DNA of 64,000 nt. Source: an uncultured Pseudomonadota bacterium. GTDB taxonomy: Bacteria > Pseudomonadota > Alphaproteobacteria > RF32 > CAG-239. The stretch spans positions 11,981-75,980 of the forward strand of contig CASEYY010000015.1 in the NCBI GenBank assembly GCA_949292335.1, in the 5' to 3' direction. The notes beneath the pieces are model-generated. The model was not told the DNA's origin, made no database searches, and saw nothing but the letters and a program-made list of their open reading frames with translations. The translations under genes and the position numbers were made by a program. This document shows positions 26,553 to 36,102 of this stretch, in pieces; position 1 is the first letter of the stretch; every line of letters begins with the position of its first letter.

Positions 26553-27449
26553 ATGAGTAAAGTACTATCTTTTGATATCGGAGGCACCAAGATAGCTTAT
26601 TCGATAATTAATGAACACGGTGAGTTTTTAAACGAAATCATAAAAGTCTCAACCCCAAAAACCCCACAAGGTATTTATGAGCTGTTAAAAACAACGGTTA
26701 AGGGTTTGGAGGAAGAAATTGACGGTGTTGCCATTGCCACAGCCGGAGCCATAAATCGCGATGGAACGGCCATCACCTCAAATGTCGGCAATTTGCCGGA
26801 AGGCTATAACAAGACAGACTTTATGAGCTTGACCGACAAACCGGTATTGCTTGAAAACGATGCCAACTCAGCCGGTTGGGCCGAATATTCAATCGGAGCG
26901 GCGCAAGGTTGTAGAGATGTTGTTGTCCTGACGCTGGGAACCGGTGTCGGAGCCGGCATAATTGTAGACGGTAAATTGTTAAAAGGCAAATCAGGTGCCG
27001 CCGGAGAGATGCATTTTCCGGTAGATTCAGGTCATAAGAGAATATGCGGTGGTTGTGGAATGTACGATTGTTTTGAATCTTTTGCATCCGGTACCGGATT
27101 AAATGTCAATGCCCGAGAGAGTATGGGACCTGAGGCCACCAGTTATGATGTAATAAGAGGCCTAAAAGAGGGTAATCATCAAGCTAAGGTAGCATTTGAC
27201 CGCTGGCAAGATTACCTAAAACGAGGTCTGACCATGCTTGCCAATATATTTGATCCTGAGATGATAGTATTATCCGGTTCTATGGCCAAATTTGTTGAGT
27301 ATGAGAAGCTTAATCAAGATGTAAATTCGCAAATTTTGACCCAGCCGTTTGAACTAAAAGAGGCCAAATTTGAGAATAATGCAGGTATGATAGGAGCAGC
27401 ACTTTTGCTGATTAGTAAATTAAATTCTTCAGCTGAAAGAGGTCAATAA
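26553..27449 (+). CDS. ROK-family sugar kinase (glucokinase-like)
   Basis: FDIGGTKIAY, ENDANSAGWAE, LGTGVGAGII, and the ROK zinc motif CGGCGMYDCFESFASG. Confidence 0.75.
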   Translation: MSKVLSFDIGGTKIAYSIINEHGEFLNEIIKVSTPKTPQGIYELLKTTVKGLEEEIDGVAIATAGAINRDGTAITSNVGNLPEGYNKTDFMSLTDKPVLLENDANSAGWAEYSIGAAQGCRDVVVLTLGTGVGAGIIVDGKLLKGKSGAAGEMHFPVDSGHKRICGGCGMYDCFESFASGTGLNVNARESMGPEATSYDVIRGLKEGNHQAKVAFDRWQDYLKRGLTMLANIFDPEMIVLSGSMAKFVEYEKLNQDVNSQILTQPFELKEAKFENNAGMIGAALLLISKLNSSAERGQ

Positions 27450-27665
27450 AAAACGATTCTTTTTATATTCACGAGGCAAAGACTGCTAAAAATGCCGTTT
27501 AGAAATTTTTAAGGTCTGTGAATTTTTTGTTACAGCAAAAATAATTAAGTGTAAACAATATGTTAACCATTTTTTGTTAAGAGTGTTTTTGCTGGCAAAA
27601 TTTGCCAAAATTATGTATTCTAAAAGAGTAAATTAAGTTTTGCAAAATTTAAAAGGAGAAAGACA

Positions 27666-28007
27666 ATGCAATTTATAAAGAACAATATTTGGACCTTGTG
27701 TCTTGTAGTTTTGGCAGGTTTGTTTGCCTTTACTGGTGATGCAGCCGCTCAGGGTTCAGTAATGGAACTTGGTAAACAAAAAGCATTGAATGTGTTTACC
27801 TCAGTTAAAACAATTATTTTCATCGTTGGTGGTTTTGGTCTTGTAGGTATTGCCTTTGCCGCTATTTTCGGAAAAGTAAACTGGAAATGGTTTGCAGCTT
27901 TGGCTGTAGGTTTGGCAATTTTGGCTGCTGCCGGATCAATTGTTAACTACGCAACCGGTGATAGCATTAGTGGCTTTAACGATACCTTCTCGTCAGCTAC
28001 TAACTAA
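27666..28007 (+). CDS. virB2: VirB2/TrbC-like T4SS pilin
   Basis: 113 aa with a signal peptide ending AAA|QG, then two hydrophobic helices joined by GKVNWKW. Size and topology fit VirB2, and it is the first gene of the T4SS block. Confidence 0.6.
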   Translation: MQFIKNNIWTLCLVVLAGLFAFTGDAAAQGSVMELGKQKALNVFTSVKTIIFIVGGFGLVGIAFAAIFGKVNWKWFAALAVGLAILAAAGSIVNYATGDSISGFNDTFSSATN

Positions 28008-28020
28008 GGTTTTAGGTCAA

Positions 28021-28052
28021 GGCTTCGAGGCTTATGCAAAAGCCTCGGGGCC
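28021..28052 (+). terminator. Strong stem-loop after the small pilin gene (possible partial terminator or mRNA stabiliser)
   Basis: GGCTTCGAGGCTT-ATGCAA-AAGCCTCGGGGCC forms a 13-bp stem with two G-U pairs. No U-tract follows. Confidence 0.3.
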
Positions 28053-28155
28053 TAAGGCCTAAATAAAAGAAGGCTGGATTTATTTTTATACAAGTAACGG
28101 TGTGCAAAAACAAACTCAGTCAATAAAAGCGAACTAAGGCAAATAGGAGGATAAG

Positions 28156-28833
28156 ATGTATAAGTTAAAAGACATATTAAAAGTGCTTCTTATAGCCTTG
28201 TTTGTTTGTGTTTACAGCGCCGGAGATGTTTACGCCCAGACTGATATGTGCGGAGGCCCGTGTCCAGAAGGAAGTGTATGTACTAAAACAATGTCAAATG
28301 TAAATGGTGCAGACGAATGGAGATGCGTGCTCAAAGCAAAACCGACAGGAGATGTTAATACGGAAGGCCAAGGAGGTGCGACACAAAATGCCAACTTCTG
28401 CGGTACTGACGGCGGAGCGTTTTCTCAACTTGTAACTACCGGAGTTCTGATTTTCAAAAGATTACGCGATTTGATATATGTTGTAGCCGGTTTTGGTATT
28501 ATAGCGGTGGCTGTCGGAGGATTCTTTGGTAACCTCAACTGGAAGTGGCTGGGCGCGATAATCATTTCGCTGGTGGTTATAGCTTCTGCCGGAGAAATTG
28601 TTGCCATGATAACAGGATGTAGCAGTTTTGATGGAGGTCTCATTACCAACACACTAACACATCCCACCGGCATGAGTACACAAGAATTTAATGATACCTA
28701 TACCGAAAGAGTAAAGTTAAACAAGACCATAGACTGGAACGACAGTATGGATGTTTATACTCCACCTAACAGTTCTAGTGCTGCCGAAGCAGCCATTGAA
28801 GAGACTGGTTTAGAAGAAAACACTGCAGAATAA
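28156..28833 (+). CDS. VirB2-hairpin paralog with Cys-rich N- and extended C-terminal domains
   Basis: Signal peptide, then CGGPCPEGSVC...C region. The hairpin LIYVVAGFGIIAVAVGGFFGNLNWKWLGAIIISLVVIASAGEIVAMITG aligns with the 27666 product. About 75 additional C-terminal residues follow. Confidence 0.55.
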   Translation: MYKLKDILKVLLIALFVCVYSAGDVYAQTDMCGGPCPEGSVCTKTMSNVNGADEWRCVLKAKPTGDVNTEGQGGATQNANFCGTDGGAFSQLVTTGVLIFKRLRDLIYVVAGFGIIAVAVGGFFGNLNWKWLGAIIISLVVIASAGEIVAMITGCSSFDGGLITNTLTHPTGMSTQEFNDTYTERVKLNKTIDWNDSMDVYTPPNSSSAAEAAIEETGLEENTAE

Positions 28834-28868
28834 GATTATAAGGACGGATAAGGATACAGGAGGGAGCC

Positions 28869-31800
28869 ATGATGAAATTATCTAAAATAAGCAAGGTAAT
28901 AATGCTGATTGGCATAATTATGGCCTTCTCAACTGGTAATGTTTTTGCAGCCAGTGACTGCGAAAAGCAATGTAGCGAAACATACAAAGGTAATCGCTCG
29001 CAAATATCTGCTTGTAAAGCTCAGTGTAAAGCCGACGAGGCTAACCAAAAAGCAACAAATACACAGGCGGCACAAGATACTGCGATAAATGATAGATGGA
29101 AGCAAGCGCAGTCAACAAAAGAAATGACGCAGAACACCTATACAGATGCTTCGGTAAAATATAATACATGTGTCGCAACTAAAGGTGCAAATGCTTGTCA
29201 GGCTGAAAAGAAAGCAATGGAAGATGCCAAGTTTGACTTTGACGCTGCCAATGAATCTTATAACGATGCTCAAAAAGATGCTTCAAAGGCCTACTGGGAA
29301 AATAAAAAAATGCAAGAGAAGGCTGATGCGGCAGCCGCCAAGGCTGAGCAGAAGCAGATAAAAGCCGATCAAAAAGCATTAAAAGATGCCGAAAAAGCTC
29401 TCAAAAAATGTGAAAAAGAAAACGGAGAAGGTAATTGTGCTGCAGAAGAATCCGCTGTTGCCGAGGCTCAGCAAAAGGTTGATTCTCATAATCAAGCCGT
29501 TGAAGGTACATCAGGAGAAGATGCGCAACTAAACGCATTACAAAATGAATTTACCAGCGCTGGTTCAGATTATGGTAAACAATCTGATGCTCTCAACTCG
29601 ATGAAAAATTATAGCAATGAACTTACGGTCGCAGCCGCAGCCGCCTCTGCGGAATGTACAAGATACAGTGCAATGACATCTCAAGATGCCAGAGCAAAGG
29701 CAAAAGATGCCTGTGCTCAGGCAGAGGCATTAAAAGCTCAAGCAGAAGCCGCTCAATCAGCATATGAAGAAGCAAAAAATGCTATGGCCGACAGACCGTT
29801 ATCAGAAAGTGTATTGGCTGCTCAGGGTCGTGTAAAACAAGGAACAAAAAACGACAATAGCTACGGAATAGTAGACATAGATGAAGCTCGCCAAATATCA
29901 ATGAGTGGCAGCGATGCAAACAGTTTTGCCGGCTATAGGTCTGAAAAATTTAATTATGACTCCGGAGGAGATGTTCTAGAAAAGATAACTCGTCGTGCAG
30001 CCAGAGTTGTCGTTGGTCTCAAACCCTTAGTGTATATATTTGCCGGTTTTGGCTTAATCGGCTTTGCGTGGGCTGCAATTTTCAATAAATTAAGCTGGAA
30101 GTGGTTTGCTAATATTGCAATGGGTTTGTTCTTGGTCGCTAATATGGGACGACTGATTGAATATATGGTTGCCGGAGATGGTGGTACCCACTATTATATA
30201 GGGGTGTGGGACGATGGCGCGACACCAACCGGAACTAAAACCGATGGCGCTAACCAACTAGCCAATGCCTTCAAAGATAGCTATTATGTATATGGTGATA
30301 ATGTAGATAGACAAACAGGTTTAAGAATGTTTGAGCTTAGCGCGCAGGGTACAGATACGGAAAAAGTCGCAGAAGAATTCACGGCATCTGCAGCAGGGTT
30401 CTGCCAAGGTACCAGCGGTTCTGGTTGGGCTAACTTCACCAGCTGTGTCAAAGATGTTATTTCAACGGCTAAAAAAGCTGCCGATACTGTAAAGACAACG
30501 GTTGCCGTTGCTCAAGATATGAAGGCTCGTGTCGATACCGTAAAAGATACTGTTTCCAATATCACGCAGGCTGCTAAAAATATGAAAGGGGCAAGCTTAA
30601 CTGAAATTGTAACCAATACAGGTATAATTTTAAGCAATGTTAACACAGCTGTCTCTACCACCACTGGAGCTATTGGTTCGGTTACCAATGCTATGTCTAC
30701 AATATCTAACAACGTCCAAGATATGGGCAAGAGTGTAGAACAACAAAAAGAATTGCAAGACCGCCGCAACAGCGGAGAAGCCACCAATGCCTTTGACGCT
30801 ATGTTGAAAGGTCAGGAGTGGGATGCTTCAACCGGAGGTGTAGAAAATGTTGATGGCGAATGGGCCGGCCAGAGTAATTTCATAACAACGACCAATGACT
30901 TAGCTTCAGATATCAGCGACAAGTCATCACAACTTAACGGTTTAGCTCAAGACGGTTTGATGCAGGTAGGTGTGGTTACCAACGCTATAGAAAGTGCACC
31001 AATCCTTCCGGGAGGTAAGAGCCTGTATGATAAATATGCAGATAATAAAGAGCAAAAGGTACAACAAAATCGTGCTCAAGCACAGGCTGCCGCCGATCAA
31101 GCTTATCGCGAAAGCAATGCCGGCAAAAATGAGGATTATCGAGCCAAGAGCGAACAAGTAAGCAATATGTATAACGATATGCAGAAGCAAGAACAAGAAG
31201 TTAAGCAGTTGCAAAATCAAAAAGCCAGTGCCGAAAAGGCAGTTGAGCAGAATTGTAACGGCGATAACGATACCTCTCCTTTGTGTCAAGCTTCGCGCAA
31301 TAGCTTGAAGGCAGTTGAGGATTCTCTACAGGCCAAAGAAGAGCAATTAAATAAGACCAAAGATGAGTATGATGAGGCCAAGAGGTCAATGGAACACGCC
31401 TATAACGAGGCTCTAGATAGTAACATATCTAAGGCTGAGGAAGATTACGAAAAGGCAGCTAAGGATGCAGATGATATTTGTAGCAAAAATCCTGGAAGTT
31501 CTGAATGCGCAAATGCTCGTCAAAAAGCTCTTGATGCCGCCAATACTCTGACCTCTTATGTAAATGAGAAAGAAAATGCAACCGGCGATAGTCGCTATGA
31601 GACCTCAGAGGATACGGCCAATAAGCTGGTAAGCAATGAAGATGAACAAAAACTCAAAGAAATGGAAAAACAACTTGCCTATGAGCAAGAGCAAGAAGCC
31701 AATAGATTGAAACACGAGGCCGAGATTGCTAACAGCCAGTATGAGCAAGCAATGTCTGAAGCAGACGCCCTCTATTCTGCGGTCAACAGTCAAGAACAAC

Positions 31801-33143
31801 AGGTAAAACAACTTGAGCAAGAAGCCGCAAGCAAACAGCAGAGTGCCGACAGAGCCTGTGCAACCGATCCTAACAGCTCGTTGTGTACAACCGCCAGAGA
31901 GGCTTCGTCTGCCGCCAATGCTGCTCTTAATAATAAAAAAGACCAGCTCGAGCAGACCAAAAATGATTATGATGCAGCCAAAAACAAAGCCGAAGACGCA
32001 TATCAAAATGCTCTGACTGCCAACCAAAATCAGGCTCAAAGAGATTTGGAAAACGCTAAAGAAAAATCTGAAAATGCCAAAGCAACTCTTGATGAGGTTA
32101 ATAGCAAGATTGATGGTGCCAAAGATGATATGAATACGGCCAAAGATGAGTACAATCAAGCCATGAAAGACGCTCAGGCTGCGCAAGATGCATACAATCA
32201 AGCTGTTTCAAGCGGTGCAAATCAGTCCGAAATCAATAGATTGAAGCGCGAATACGAAAATAAGCTTGCTGAGATGAGTGACAAAAAGGACAATTACGAA
32301 GAAAAGAATAAAGAATACAATGATTTATCCAAACAAAAAGAACAAGCTCAACGCGATTATAACAGCGCGTACTCAGAGGCTAACGATGCTGCTGAAAGAC
32401 TGGATTCTTACACCAATGAGGATGTCAACAAAACCGGTGATAGTCGTTTAACCTCAAGTGAAGATGTTGCAAATCAAATATTGGTTAACCAATATGAGAG
32501 CGAAACTAATCCCAATGCAGTAGCTCAGGCTTCTAAAAACAGCTATGTCGAGCAAAAAAATAAGACCGATGTAGCCGAATATACCAAAAATGAGAAAGAG
32601 GCAGCCGCCGCCAACACCTATAATGAATACCAAAAGGCTCTGCAACGGTGTCAACAAAGCGGAAATACAAGCGATTGCCAGTTAGCCGATCGTCTTGCAA
32701 GTCAGTACAGCCTAGCAGCCAGCGAAGCCGCTGCTGCCAAGCAAGAGTACGAAGCCTTGAACAGTGAGCTTCAGAGCTACGAAAGTGACTATCAACGCAA
32801 GGCCTTGGAGTCCGAAAAATATAAGCAACGCGAATATCAAGCCGATATGCAGGAAGCGTCATCTGATATCAACAAATATGAAAGATTGGTATCGCAGCAA
32901 AGAAATGTAGTGGACGACGCCGCACTTAGGTACACTCAAGCCAAAAACAGCTTGCAGGAGGGTGATGAAGCAGGCTTAAGAAGAGCGGCTCAACTCTATG
33001 ATGAATACAAAGAAGCCAAGGCTCTGTATGATGAATACCAAAGCAAGTTAAATCAGGCCAGAAACAAGTTGAGTACGGCTCAAAGCAACTACGATAAATC
33101 GGTTGCTGAGGTGAGACGGCTTGAAAAAGAGTTGTACGGCTAA
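28869..33143 (+). CDS. Giant (1424 aa) coiled-coil protein with embedded VirB2-like membrane hairpin
   Basis: Signal peptide, ~350 aa A/K/Q/E-rich helical region with paired Cys, the hairpin LVYIFAGFGLIGFAWAAIFNKLSWKWFANIAMGLFLVANMG (nt ~30001-30180), then ~980 aa of mostly coiled-coil-like sequence. Confidence 0.6.
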   Translation: MMKLSKISKVIMLIGIIMAFSTGNVFAASDCEKQCSETYKGNRSQISACKAQCKADEANQKATNTQAAQDTAINDRWKQAQSTKEMTQNTYTDASVKYNTCVATKGANACQAEKKAMEDAKFDFDAANESYNDAQKDASKAYWENKKMQEKADAAAAKAEQKQIKADQKALKDAEKALKKCEKENGEGNCAAEESAVAEAQQKVDSHNQAVEGTSGEDAQLNALQNEFTSAGSDYGKQSDALNSMKNYSNELTVAAAAASAECTRYSAMTSQDARAKAKDACAQAEALKAQAEAAQSAYEEAKNAMADRPLSESVLAAQGRVKQGTKNDNSYGIVDIDEARQISMSGSDANSFAGYRSEKFNYDSGGDVLEKITRRAARVVVGLKPLVYIFAGFGLIGFAWAAIFNKLSWKWFANIAMGLFLVANMGRLIEYMVAGDGGTHYYIGVWDDGATPTGTKTDGANQLANAFKDSYYVYGDNVDRQTGLRMFELSAQGTDTEKVAEEFTASAAGFCQGTSGSGWANFTSCVKDVISTAKKAADTVKTTVAVAQDMKARVDTVKDTVSNITQAAKNMKGASLTEIVTNTGIILSNVNTAVSTTTGAIGSVTNAMSTISNNVQDMGKSVEQQKELQDRRNSGEATNAFDAMLKGQEWDASTGGVENVDGEWAGQSNFITTTNDLASDISDKSSQLNGLAQDGLMQVGVVTNAIESAPILPGGKSLYDKYADNKEQKVQQNRAQAQAAADQAYRESNAGKNEDYRAKSEQVSNMYNDMQKQEQEVKQLQNQKASAEKAVEQNCNGDNDTSPLCQASRNSLKAVEDSLQAKEEQLNKTKDEYDEAKRSMEHAYNEALDSNISKAEEDYEKAAKDADDICSKNPGSSECANARQKALDAANTLTSYVNEKENATGDSRYETSEDTANKLVSNEDEQKLKEMEKQLAYEQEQEANRLKHEAEIANSQYEQAMSEADALYSAVNSQEQQVKQLEQEAASKQQSADRACATDPNSSLCTTAREASSAANAALNNKKDQLEQTKNDYDAAKNKAEDAYQNALTANQNQAQRDLENAKEKSENAKATLDEVNSKIDGAKDDMNTAKDEYNQAMKDAQAAQDAYNQAVSSGANQSEINRLKREYENKLAEMSDKKDNYEEKNKEYNDLSKQKEQAQRDYNSAYSEANDAAERLDSYTNEDVNKTGDSRLTSSEDVANQILVNQYESETNPNAVAQASKNSYVEQKNKTDVAEYTKNEKEAAAANTYNEYQKALQRCQQSGNTSDCQLADRLASQYSLAASEAAAAKQEYEALNSELQSYESDYQRKALESEKYKQREYQADMQEASSDINKYERLVSQQRNVVDDAALRYTQAKNSLQEGDEAGLRRAAQLYDEYKEAKALYDEYQSKLNQARNKLSTAQSNYDKSVAEVRRLEKELYG

Positions 33144-33166
33144 AACAAGTTAACTCATTATTCATA

Positions 33167-33216
33167 AAACGGAAGTATGCTCTTAACATAAAGTTATGTA
33201 ATACTTCCGTTTTTTA
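33167..33216 (+). terminator. Rho-independent terminator closing the pilin-paralog operon
   Basis: AAAACGGAAGTA...TACTTCCGTTTT is a 12-bp stem followed by TTTTT. Confidence 0.75.
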
Positions 33217-33253
33217 TGTGTCAAATAGATGTAGGATAAAATTATTTGTATTG

Positions 33254-33282
33254 TTGCGAAAAAATAACGGATGTTTTATCAT
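33254..33282 (+). promoter_or_regulatory. Candidate sigma70 promoter for the virB3-virB4 operon
   Basis: TTGCGA-17 nt-TATCAT, 32 nt upstream of the virB3-like ATG. Confidence 0.3.
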
Positions 33283-33313
33283 AACCTCGGCTGTAGTTTA
33301 AAAGAGAATTGAT

Positions 33314-33604
33314 ATGCGAGAAGTGATATTAAAAGCAGTTGCCAATCCGCCCAAGATTTTGTGGGGGCCGTTTCTGCCGGTTCTGCTCAATCTCGGGGTA
33401 CAATTTCCGATAATGTTTATGTTTATGGGAACATTCAATGTAAACCCTTTGTGGTTTATGGTGTCTTTGGTCTTGGGGCATGTTTTTAGCGTTTTTATGG
33501 GTATCAAAGAACCTCACATCTCGGCAATGATTCAAGCCTATGGTCAAAGTGCCAAAAAAACAACTAACCTCTATAAAGTAAAGGGGAACAAATTTGCACC
33601 CTGA
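33314..33604 (+). CDS. virB3: VirB3-like protein
   Basis: 96 aa with two hydrophobic segments (WGPFLPVLLNLGVQFPIMFMFMG / LWFMVSLVLGHVFSVFMG). It overlaps the start of virB4 by 11 nt, as is usual for virB3-virB4. Confidence 0.6.
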   Translation: MREVILKAVANPPKILWGPFLPVLLNLGVQFPIMFMFMGTFNVNPLWFMVSLVLGHVFSVFMGIKEPHISAMIQAYGQSAKKTTNLYKVKGNKFAP

Positions 33605-36023
33605 TTATGATTTTTTCTCGATCTTCGTTGAAGGTCTGTCAAGTTTTGAAATATTGGTTGCCGTTATAGGTTTTATTTCGGCAGCGGCTTTTGCCGGTTT
33701 TTGGGCAACCAAATTCGGTCATTTGGTCTTGCCGCACCCTAGAGAGTCCCGAGTTTCGGATTTTATGCCGTTTGAAAAACTTCTTTCCGACGGTATGACG
33801 ATTCGTTGCTATAACGGCTCTTTGGCTCGCGTGTTCAGAGTTACCGGAGCTGATCTTGCATTTGCTACCGATGAAAAAGTTCTATCAATGTTTGAAGCCA
33901 GAAAGTCATGGATTGACGGTATGTCCGACTTGCAGGTTACTTGTAGGGTTATTACCATAAGAGAGAGAGTCCCGCTGGAAGATAATGTAAACAACTTTAA
34001 CAATGCTCTTTTGGAAAAGATATCGGAAGTATGGCAAGAAAACATTGACAATGTATTTTTCAATACACACTACATAGTTTTGTCGGTTGCCGACCGCGAT
34101 GAAAATCTCAAAGATTTGAACTATGCTTCACAATCCCTCATCGCGACCCTTAACGACTACGGTGTTAAACCTCTCATTGAGGAAGAAGGCAGCCCCGCAG
34201 AGGATAGTCCGTTTATAGTTTATTCCAAACTTTGCTCACCGATATCTCGTCCCATGCCAAAGGTCAGAGGAGCCGTCGGAGCACAGTTAAACCAGCTTTT
34301 GACGGCTGACCATATTCATTTTACCGGCGAAGAAGGACTTATCAAGTTTTTCTCCGGAGAGAAAGAGCTTTATGAAGCGGTAATGGGAATTCGTTCATCC
34401 GGTGACTATATGGACGAAGCGATGGTCTCCTCACTTTTGGCCATTGACTGCGAGCTGGTTTTGTTGCACAACATTCGCCCGATATTTAAGCCACAAGCCC
34501 GAGCATTACTGTTGCAGCAACAAAGAATGGCGGCCATGACCAGCTTTTCTGGAGATGTTATCGGACAATACAGCGAAGTGCTGTCGGCTATTGAAGAAAG
34601 CGACAGCGATCACCAGGCGTTAACCGAATATGCCATGGCGATATTGCTCAGAGGAAAGACCAAAGAAGAAATAGACAATGCCGAGAGCGAGGTTCAAAGA
34701 ATATGCCGTCTTTTCAGCGTTACGCCGGTGAGAGAAGGTTGGGTTGCTCAGGCCACATTCTTTAACCAGTTTCCGACCTATGAAACCTTACCGAGAACCT
34801 ATCGTTATTTGTCCAGGGTCGTTGCGACGGCGGTTTCGTTCGACAAGCCTTCGGAAGGCTTCTCCAAGTCCGACTGGGGTCCGGGAGCAATCACCGTTTT
34901 CCGTACCACTTCCGGTTCGGCTTATCGGTTTCAGTTCCATGTTTCATCAGAAGATTCTGCGGTTGCACACTGTTGTATTATCGGTCCTACCGGTCAAGGT
35001 AAAACTACATTGTTGACCTTTTTGGCCGGACAGGCAATGCGACATGGCGATTTAAAGGTGTTTTTCTTTGATCGTCACCGCGGTGCCGAAATATTTACTC
35101 GTGCGGTTAAGGGTGCGTATATCGGTTTTGAAGGTGATGAAAAGAATGTTTCGCTTAATCCTTTTGCCTGTGCCAATACGCCCAATAACAGAGCATTTTT
35201 GCGTCGTTGGATGCGAGCCATAACACTGGTTGATGATGCGGTTTCGGAAAAGGAAATTGCTCGAGCTGTTACCACGGCATTTGATTATCTGCGTCCGGAA
35301 GAAAGAATGATGAGTAACCTGTATAAGAGTTGCTTTTCGCCGACCGGTAATATGCGTCGAGAATTGTTTAAATGGGTAAATCCCGATCAATACGGCAGTA
35401 TTTTTAATTCTCAAGACGATAGCTTGGACCTAAAGAGTAAAAGGTTTATGGCTTTTGACTTTACACATATATTTGAAGACGAAACCTTGGCTCCGGCGGT
35501 AATCAGTTACATTATGCACCGCATACAGTCCGAAACCGGGGATACCGGAGTTCCGTCTCTGATTATGATAGATGAAACGGCACCTATGTTGAAGCACCCA
35601 ATGTTCCGAGACTATTTCACTATCGGACTACAGGAAGGTCGTAAAAAACGGCAGGCATATTTATGTGCATTTCAGCAGCCCAATATTATTGATAAACTCG
35701 GGGTCGGCGAAGTAATTCGCGGTCAGTGCCAAACCGTAATCTTTTTCCGCAACCCGCAGGCCATGCCGGAAGATTACTTAAACTGGAATTTAACCGAAGC
35801 CGAAACTGATTTTATTTTTGGTAAAAGCTACCGTGATTTCCCGTATGCCATTCTTTTGTCGCGTCCGGCAACCGGAGAATCGGTGATTTTGGATGTAGAT
35901 TTGAGCGGATTAGGTCCATATCTTAAGATATACAATTCCGGCCGAAAGAATGTTTTGTTAGTTGAAGAGCTAATAAAAGAATATGGCGAAGACAACTTTG
36001 TTACAAAATATTTAAATCTTTAG
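33594..36023 (+). CDS. virB4: VirB4 ATPase
   Basis: 809 aa with Walker A IIGPTGQGKTTLL, Walker B LIMIDETAPML, and a typical VirB4 N-domain (...RCYNGSLARVFRVTGADLAF...). It uses a TTG start with AAGGGG 6 nt upstream. Confidence 0.9.
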   Translation: MHPDYDFFSIFVEGLSSFEILVAVIGFISAAAFAGFWATKFGHLVLPHPRESRVSDFMPFEKLLSDGMTIRCYNGSLARVFRVTGADLAFATDEKVLSMFEARKSWIDGMSDLQVTCRVITIRERVPLEDNVNNFNNALLEKISEVWQENIDNVFFNTHYIVLSVADRDENLKDLNYASQSLIATLNDYGVKPLIEEEGSPAEDSPFIVYSKLCSPISRPMPKVRGAVGAQLNQLLTADHIHFTGEEGLIKFFSGEKELYEAVMGIRSSGDYMDEAMVSSLLAIDCELVLLHNIRPIFKPQARALLLQQQRMAAMTSFSGDVIGQYSEVLSAIEESDSDHQALTEYAMAILLRGKTKEEIDNAESEVQRICRLFSVTPVREGWVAQATFFNQFPTYETLPRTYRYLSRVVATAVSFDKPSEGFSKSDWGPGAITVFRTTSGSAYRFQFHVSSEDSAVAHCCIIGPTGQGKTTLLTFLAGQAMRHGDLKVFFFDRHRGAEIFTRAVKGAYIGFEGDEKNVSLNPFACANTPNNRAFLRRWMRAITLVDDAVSEKEIARAVTTAFDYLRPEERMMSNLYKSCFSPTGNMRRELFKWVNPDQYGSIFNSQDDSLDLKSKRFMAFDFTHIFEDETLAPAVISYIMHRIQSETGDTGVPSLIMIDETAPMLKHPMFRDYFTIGLQEGRKKRQAYLCAFQQPNIIDKLGVGEVIRGQCQTVIFFRNPQAMPEDYLNWNLTEAETDFIFGKSYRDFPYAILLSRPATGESVILDVDLSGLGPYLKIYNSGRKNVLLVEELIKEYGEDNFVTKYLNL

Positions 36024-36102
36024 CAAAAGGCGGTTAAGTTATTTAATCTGTGCCGTAAATATGATAGAATGTAGGTAGGTTGACCGATAGGGGAGAACAG
36101 AG

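Noticed and set aside
27593-27607. TGGCAAAATTTGCCA upstream of the pilin genes as a sigma-54 (-24/-12) promoter
   Set aside because: The GG-to-GC spacing is two nucleotides too short for the TGGCAC-N5-TTGC consensus. It is better described as a near-palindrome of unknown significance, and I could not tie it to any regulator.
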